Assembly: GCA_028700905.1 (NCBI GenBank)
Contig: JAQVRT010000028.1
Coordinates: 1-9,334 of the forward strand
Reading direction: 5' to 3'
DNA from: Candidatus Iainarchaeum sp.
GTDB lineage: Archaea; Iainarchaeota; Iainarchaeia; Iainarchaeales; CSSED10-239
DNA: 9,334 nucleotides
Shown here: positions 5,776 through 9,334 of the stretch, in pieces
Layout of the letters: each line of letters starts with the position of its first letter
How positions within the stretch are numbered: the first letter of the stretch is position 1
Notes under the pieces: generated by a model
The model's input: only the letters and a program-made list of their open reading frames with translations
What the model was told of the DNA's origin: nothing
The model's database searches: none
Position numbers and translations under genes: made by a program

Positions 5776-6999
5776 TTAAAAGTTATTTCTTAAAGCTTCA
5801 ACAACATTCATTCTTGAAGCTTTTCTTGAAGGCAAAAGACCAGATATTAAACCAACAACTATTGATACAATTAAAGCAAGTGCTATAATTTGCCAACCTA
5901 TAACTATTTTTAGAGTTAAAAAACCTTGACTTGTTGCATAAAACTCAACAGCTTTTGCAATTCCTACACCAACCCCTAACCCTATAAGTCCTCCAAATAA
6001 AGAAAGAATAACAGATTCAATTGTAAATATAAAATAAATATCTTCTCTTTTTGCACCTAATGATTTTAAAATACCAATTTCTTTTGTTCTTTCAATAACA
6101 GATGTGTATATTGAGTTCATGATTCCAATACTTCCAACAACAACTGAAATTAAACCAATAGATACTAAAATTACTTTTAATAATCCAAGCACTGATTCAA
6201 TAATTGAAAGTACTTGTTTTGCAGTAATTATATAAAATTTATCTTTACCATGTTCTTTTTCAAGTCTTTTTTCAATTTCTTCTTGTACTTCTAAAGGATC
6301 ATATTCTTCTTTTACATTTGCATATATTTGATCTATAGTATCTACAATTTCAAATATTTCTTTTCCTTTATTTAAAGTAATGTATACTTGAGAATCGTCT
6401 GCAAGATTTCCAACAGGTTCTAAAATTCCAATGACTTTAAAATCTTTATCTTGTATTTTTATTTTTTGTCCAATTTTTATTGGGTCTTTAAAAAGATTAT
6501 CTGCAAAATAAGGTCCAATAACCACTTCATAGGCATCTCTACCTTGTAATGATTTACCTTCTCTTAAATCAATATCCATAATTTCAAAAGTTTTATCTGC
6601 AAGCTTTGGATCCAGCATTATTGCAAATTGAAATATTTCTTCATTTTTATATTCTATTTTTGCAGTTCTAAAAGAAAAACCTATAGCATAATCAATTTCT
6701 CCAATCCGTTCAATTATTTTAAGATCATTTTCTGTGATTTTTATATCTTCTGTAACTCTACTAATACTTTGATTAGGTCCTCCTTGAAAGCTTATAGGAA
6801 AAATAAAAACTGTATTTATTCCCATTGTCATAAAAACGTCTTCAACATAATTAAATAAACCATCGCTTATTAAAAAAAGAGAAACAATAGTTGCAATTCC
6901 AATTACTACAGCTATAATTGTTAATATTGATCTTAATCTTCTTCTGAAGATATTTTTAATTGTTAAATCTAACAAATGTTTATATTTTTCAAAACTCAT
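5776..6999 (-). CDS. MacB/FtsX-type ABC transporter permease (permease B; no fused ATPase domain)
   Basis: 407-aa ORF. N-terminal NIFRRRLRSILTIIAVVIGIATIV (elbow helix plus TM1) is followed by a roughly 220-aa extracytoplasmic domain (KVIGILEPVGNLADDSQVYITL) and then the FtsX core: GSIGIMNSIYTSVIERTKEIGILKSLGAKREDIYFIFTIESVILSLFGGLIGLGVG...LLPSRKASRMNVVEALR. This is the standard type VII ABC (MacB/LolC/FtsX) architecture. Confidence 0.9.
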   Translation of the reverse strand: MSFEKYKHLLDLTIKNIFRRRLRSILTIIAVVIGIATIVSLFLISDGLFNYVEDVFMTMGINTVFIFPISFQGGPNQSISRVTEDIKITENDLKIIERIGEIDYAIGFSFRTAKIEYKNEEIFQFAIMLDPKLADKTFEIMDIDLREGKSLQGRDAYEVVIGPYFADNLFKDPIKIGQKIKIQDKDFKVIGILEPVGNLADDSQVYITLNKGKEIFEIVDTIDQIYANVKEEYDPLEVQEEIEKRLEKEHGKDKFYIITAKQVLSIIESVLGLLKVILVSIGLISVVVGSIGIMNSIYTSVIERTKEIGILKSLGAKREDIYFIFTIESVILSLFGGLIGLGVGVGIAKAVEFYATSQGFLTLKIVIGWQIIALALIVSIVVGLISGLLPSRKASRMNVVEALRNNF

Positions 7000-7044
7000 G
7001 ATTTTTCTAAATTTATTTTTAAAAATAAAGAATAAGAAGAAAAA

Positions 7045-8289
7045 TTATTTTCTTCTCTTAAAAGTTTCTTTTAAAACATTTAATGCAGGTTTGATTAATA
7101 TTCTTATAAGCCATTTAATAAGAAGTATTAATATTGCAAGACCTACAATAAATAACAAAATACTAAAAATAGACATTATTACTTTATTTGCACCTTGTCC
7201 ATTTGCAAGAGGTATAACTTCAACTGTTATTTCTTGAGTTATTTTTTCTTCTTTAAGATTACTATCTTTATAGAATAAATCAATTATTAATTTTGTTTCT
7301 TTTTCTTTAATATCTGTTGTGTTAATTGTAAGCTCTATAGTATCATAGTTATTTTTTTCAATTGATCCTATAAACTCTTGAGTTGGTCTTATACCTTCTC
7401 CATTAACTGTAATGTATGAAACTTCAGTATCTACATTTCCAATATTATATATTTCAACAGATATTTTTTCTTCACTATTTTCTTTTATTTTAAAGTTAGT
7501 TCCTATATCTAAAACATTAAGTATCATTTTTGGTTGATCTTCTAACTTTAGACCAATATTTCTTGTGATTGTATATTCTCTATCCACATCAGAATAACTA
7601 ATAGTTAATGGAAGACTATAACTTATGTTTTCTGCATTTTTAGAAATATTTATTTTAAATGAAACTTCTGTTTCTTCTTCTGTATTTATTTTTTCAATAT
7701 ACTGTGTTTTAAGATCAATTACCTTTATGCTGTTATCTTCAGAATCATTTAATGTTAAGAAAATATCTTTTGCATTTTTTTGACCTAAATTTTTTAAATT
7801 AAGTGTAACTGTTCCATCAGCACCTATCTTTGCATTATTAAAAGAAGAATCAATAAGTTCAATTATTGCACTTTTTCCTTTAACATCAATTATATATTTT
7901 TTGATATTATATATATTTGATCCTTCTCTTTTATATCTAAATTCAAGATCATAAGTTCCAGTTAAAACATCAGTGTTTGTTTTTAATTTATATTTTATAA
8001 TTTTTGATTGAAAAGGTTCTAGTTTATTTACTATTCCTTCATTTTCAGAAATTAGAATAAATGGATATTCTGTTTCTAAAAAATATTCTATATTTTCTGC
8101 AGCAATATTACTTTTATTTGTAAGTTGGATCCATATTTCAAAATCTTCACCTGAAATTACTGGTGTTGGATTGTAATTATAGGTATCTGCATTTAAGTTA
8201 ATTATATCATAATTTACTTCATTTGCTGTAATTGGTATTGCAAGTAACATAATTGCAACTAAGATAAGCATTATTTTTTTTAAATTCAT
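7045..8289 (-). CDS. Secreted, C-terminally membrane-anchored protein with three tandem CARDB / COG1361-like beta-sandwich modules
   Basis: The track starts this ORF at the GTG at 8298. That GTG lies inside an AGGTG Shine-Dalgarno motif (8300-8296), which sits 6 nt before the ATG at 8289, so I call 8289 as the start (414 aa). Signal peptide: MNLKKIMLILVAIMLLAIPITAN. Three roughly 105-125-aa modules each contain the strand motif x-N-x-(G/S)-xxx-(A/T)-x-x-(I/V): IQLTNKSNIAAENIEYFL, LNLKNLGQKNAKDIFLTL and VEIYNIGNVDTEVSYITV. The C-terminus has a TM helix (VIMSIFSILLFIVGLAILILLI) and a basic tail (KETFKRRK). No PGF-CTERM-type sorting motif. Confidence 0.75.
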   Translation of the reverse strand: MNLKKIMLILVAIMLLAIPITANEVNYDIINLNADTYNYNPTPVISGEDFEIWIQLTNKSNIAAENIEYFLETEYPFILISENEGIVNKLEPFQSKIIKYKLKTNTDVLTGTYDLEFRYKREGSNIYNIKKYIIDVKGKSAIIELIDSSFNNAKIGADGTVTLNLKNLGQKNAKDIFLTLNDSEDNSIKVIDLKTQYIEKINTEEETEVSFKINISKNAENISYSLPLTISYSDVDREYTITRNIGLKLEDQPKMILNVLDIGTNFKIKENSEEKISVEIYNIGNVDTEVSYITVNGEGIRPTQEFIGSIEKNNYDTIELTINTTDIKEKETKLIIDLFYKDSNLKEEKITQEITVEVIPLANGQGANKVIMSIFSILLFIVGLAILILLIKWLIRILIKPALNVLKETFKRRK

Positions 8290-8359
8290 TTTTTTCACCT
8301 TAATCTTGTTATTTCTAAATATTTTTCTTCATTTGTATTAATTTTATTTACTGTAAATT

Positions 8360-8387
8360 TATAATCTGTTTTATTTTGCAGATTATA
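8360..8387. other. Perfect 9-bp inverted repeat TATAATCTG-N10-CAGATTATA in the permease A / beta-sandwich gene spacer
   Basis: Left arm 8360-8368, loop ttttattttg 8369-8378, right arm 8379-8387. It lies about 50 nt downstream of the permease A stop and about 71-98 nt upstream of the ATG at 8289. No U-tract follows it on the minus-strand transcript. Confidence 0.3.
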
Positions 8388-8436
8388 TATTTCTACAAAT
8401 TTAAATTTTCCTAATTAAATGTATGTTTTTTAATTT

Positions 8437-9334
8437 TTATTCCTCTCTTAAAGAATCAATTGCTTGTTGTTTTGATGCTTGGTATGCTGGAAGAAAACCT
8501 GCAATTAATCCAAGGATAAAAGAAAACCCTAGTGCTATTAAAATAATTGTTATATCAAATGATAAATTTATTTCTGTACCTGTAAATTGTCCTATAATAT
8601 TTACTATAAAAGCAATTAAAAATCCACCGATAGTTCCTATTATTCCACCAATAAGTCCTATTATTCCAGCTTCAATTAAAAAGATTCCTAAAATATCTTC
8701 TCTTCTTGCACCAATAGCTTTCATAACTCCAATTTCTCTTCTTCTTTCAAGAACAGAAGTATACATTGAGTTTAAGATTCCAATTCCTCCAACAAGTAAA
8801 GAAATAGTTGCAATTCCTACAACAACAATTGAAACTGCTTCTAAAGTTTGTGCTCTATTTTCTGCTTCTTTAACTGGTGTTGTTACAACAAAATCTTCTT
8901 GATCTCTAAATTTTTCAAGACTTTCTTCTATTTTTTCTCCAGTCTTTTCAATATCTGAAGTTTCTTTTGCAAATGCATATATTTCATCAACTTCTTTTTC
9001 TCCTGCATTTGAAATTTCTCTTAAATTTTCAAGAGACATATATATTTTTCTATCGTTATTTACATTTCCAGTATCATCTAATATTCCAACTACTTTATAA
9101 TTATTATTTGAAATTTCAATAGAATCTCCAAGTTTTATAATTTTTCCAAAATATTCATCACTTGCAAAAAGATCATAACCAATAATAATTTCATTAGATT
9201 TATCTGAATCAATATATTTCCCTCTTAACAATTCTTTTCCTTCTTGGGTTAATATTTTTTCATAGTTGTCCACTTGATATCCTGTAACACTTAATTGTCT
9301 TTCTTCTTTTGAAAATTTAGATATTGTTTGTGAA
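8437..9334 (-). CDS. MacB/FtsX-type ABC transporter permease (permease A), partial; N-terminus lies beyond the right window edge
   Basis: The track starts this ORF at the GTG at 9273, but the frame stays open to the window edge. Upstream it reads SQTISKFSKEERQLSVTGYQ before VDNYEKIL. The visible part has an extracytoplasmic domain (KVVGILDDTGNVNNDRKIYMSL) and the FtsX core GGIGILNSMYTSVLERRREIGVMKAIGARREDILGIFLIEAGIIGLIGG...FLPAYQASKQQAIDSLREE. It is paralogous to permease B. Confidence 0.85.
   Translation of the reverse strand, partial: SQTISKFSKEERQLSVTGYQVDNYEKILTQEGKELLRGKYIDSDKSNEIIIGYDLFASDEYFGKIIKLGDSIEISNNNYKVVGILDDTGNVNNDRKIYMSLENLREISNAGEKEVDEIYAFAKETSDIEKTGEKIEESLEKFRDQEDFVVTTPVKEAENRAQTLEAVSIVVVGIATISLLVGGIGILNSMYTSVLERRREIGVMKAIGARREDILGIFLIEAGIIGLIGGIIGTIGGFLIAFIVNIIGQFTGTEINLSFDITIILIALGFSFILGLIAGFLPAYQASKQQAIDSLREE

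Noticed and set aside
6040-6135. Nucleotide-level similarity between the FtsX cores of the two permease genes (about 6040-6135 versus about 8690-8785), considered as a repeat or recombination substrate.
   Set aside because: The similarity is explained by conserved protein motifs in paralogs combined with biased codon usage. The matches are interrupted every few bases, so this is not a recent duplication or a mobile repeat.
8290-8298. GTG at 8298 as the start of the beta-sandwich protein, and GTG at 9273 as the start of permease A.
   Set aside because: The GTG at 8298 lies inside the AGGTG Shine-Dalgarno motif that is spaced 6 nt from the ATG at 8289. The frame upstream of 9273 remains open to the window edge and still encodes MacB-like extracytoplasmic-domain sequence, so that gene is simply truncated by the window.

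Overview
This is a very AT-rich, densely coding window. I judged base composition by eye and did not compute it. The features point to an archaeon, possibly DPANN-like or a low-GC methanogen-like lineage. They are: TATA-like boxes about 23-29 nt upstream of ATGs; Shine-Dalgarno motifs matching GGAGGTGA; a tRNA-Thr with U73 and no encoded CCA; a class II photolyase; and a COG1361/CARDB-like surface protein. All three standard stop codons terminate well-supported ORFs.

Gene content, left to right:
- 1-831 (-): class II CPD photolyase, N-terminal 277 codons. It is missing from the ORF track because its stop lies outside the window.
- 909-1631 (+): DUF45/YgjP-like HExxH metallohydrolase, divergent from the photolyase.
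- 3112-1624 (-): a tightly coupled three-gene operon of a ZIP metal transporter, a four-TM protein with an external six-Cys domain, and a two-TM miniprotein.
- 3366-3935 (+): multi-pass membrane protein of unknown function.
- 4144-5074 (+): CysK/CysM-like PLP enzyme gene broken by a one-base frame change in a T5 run. The site has the form of a shifty stop (UUU_UAA).
- 5084-5156 (-): tRNA-Thr(UGU).
- 9334-5255 (-): MacB/FtsX-type permease A (partial), a secreted C-terminally anchored protein with three CARDB-like beta-sandwich modules, MacB/FtsX-type permease B, and a tail-anchored Lys/Glu-rich protein.

The best candidates for an undescribed system are the permease / beta-sandwich protein / permease cluster and the ZIP plus Cys-rich membrane protein operon. 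No CRISPR array, transposase, integrase or rRNA is visible. All family assignments rest on motifs I recognised by eye. No database search was possible.
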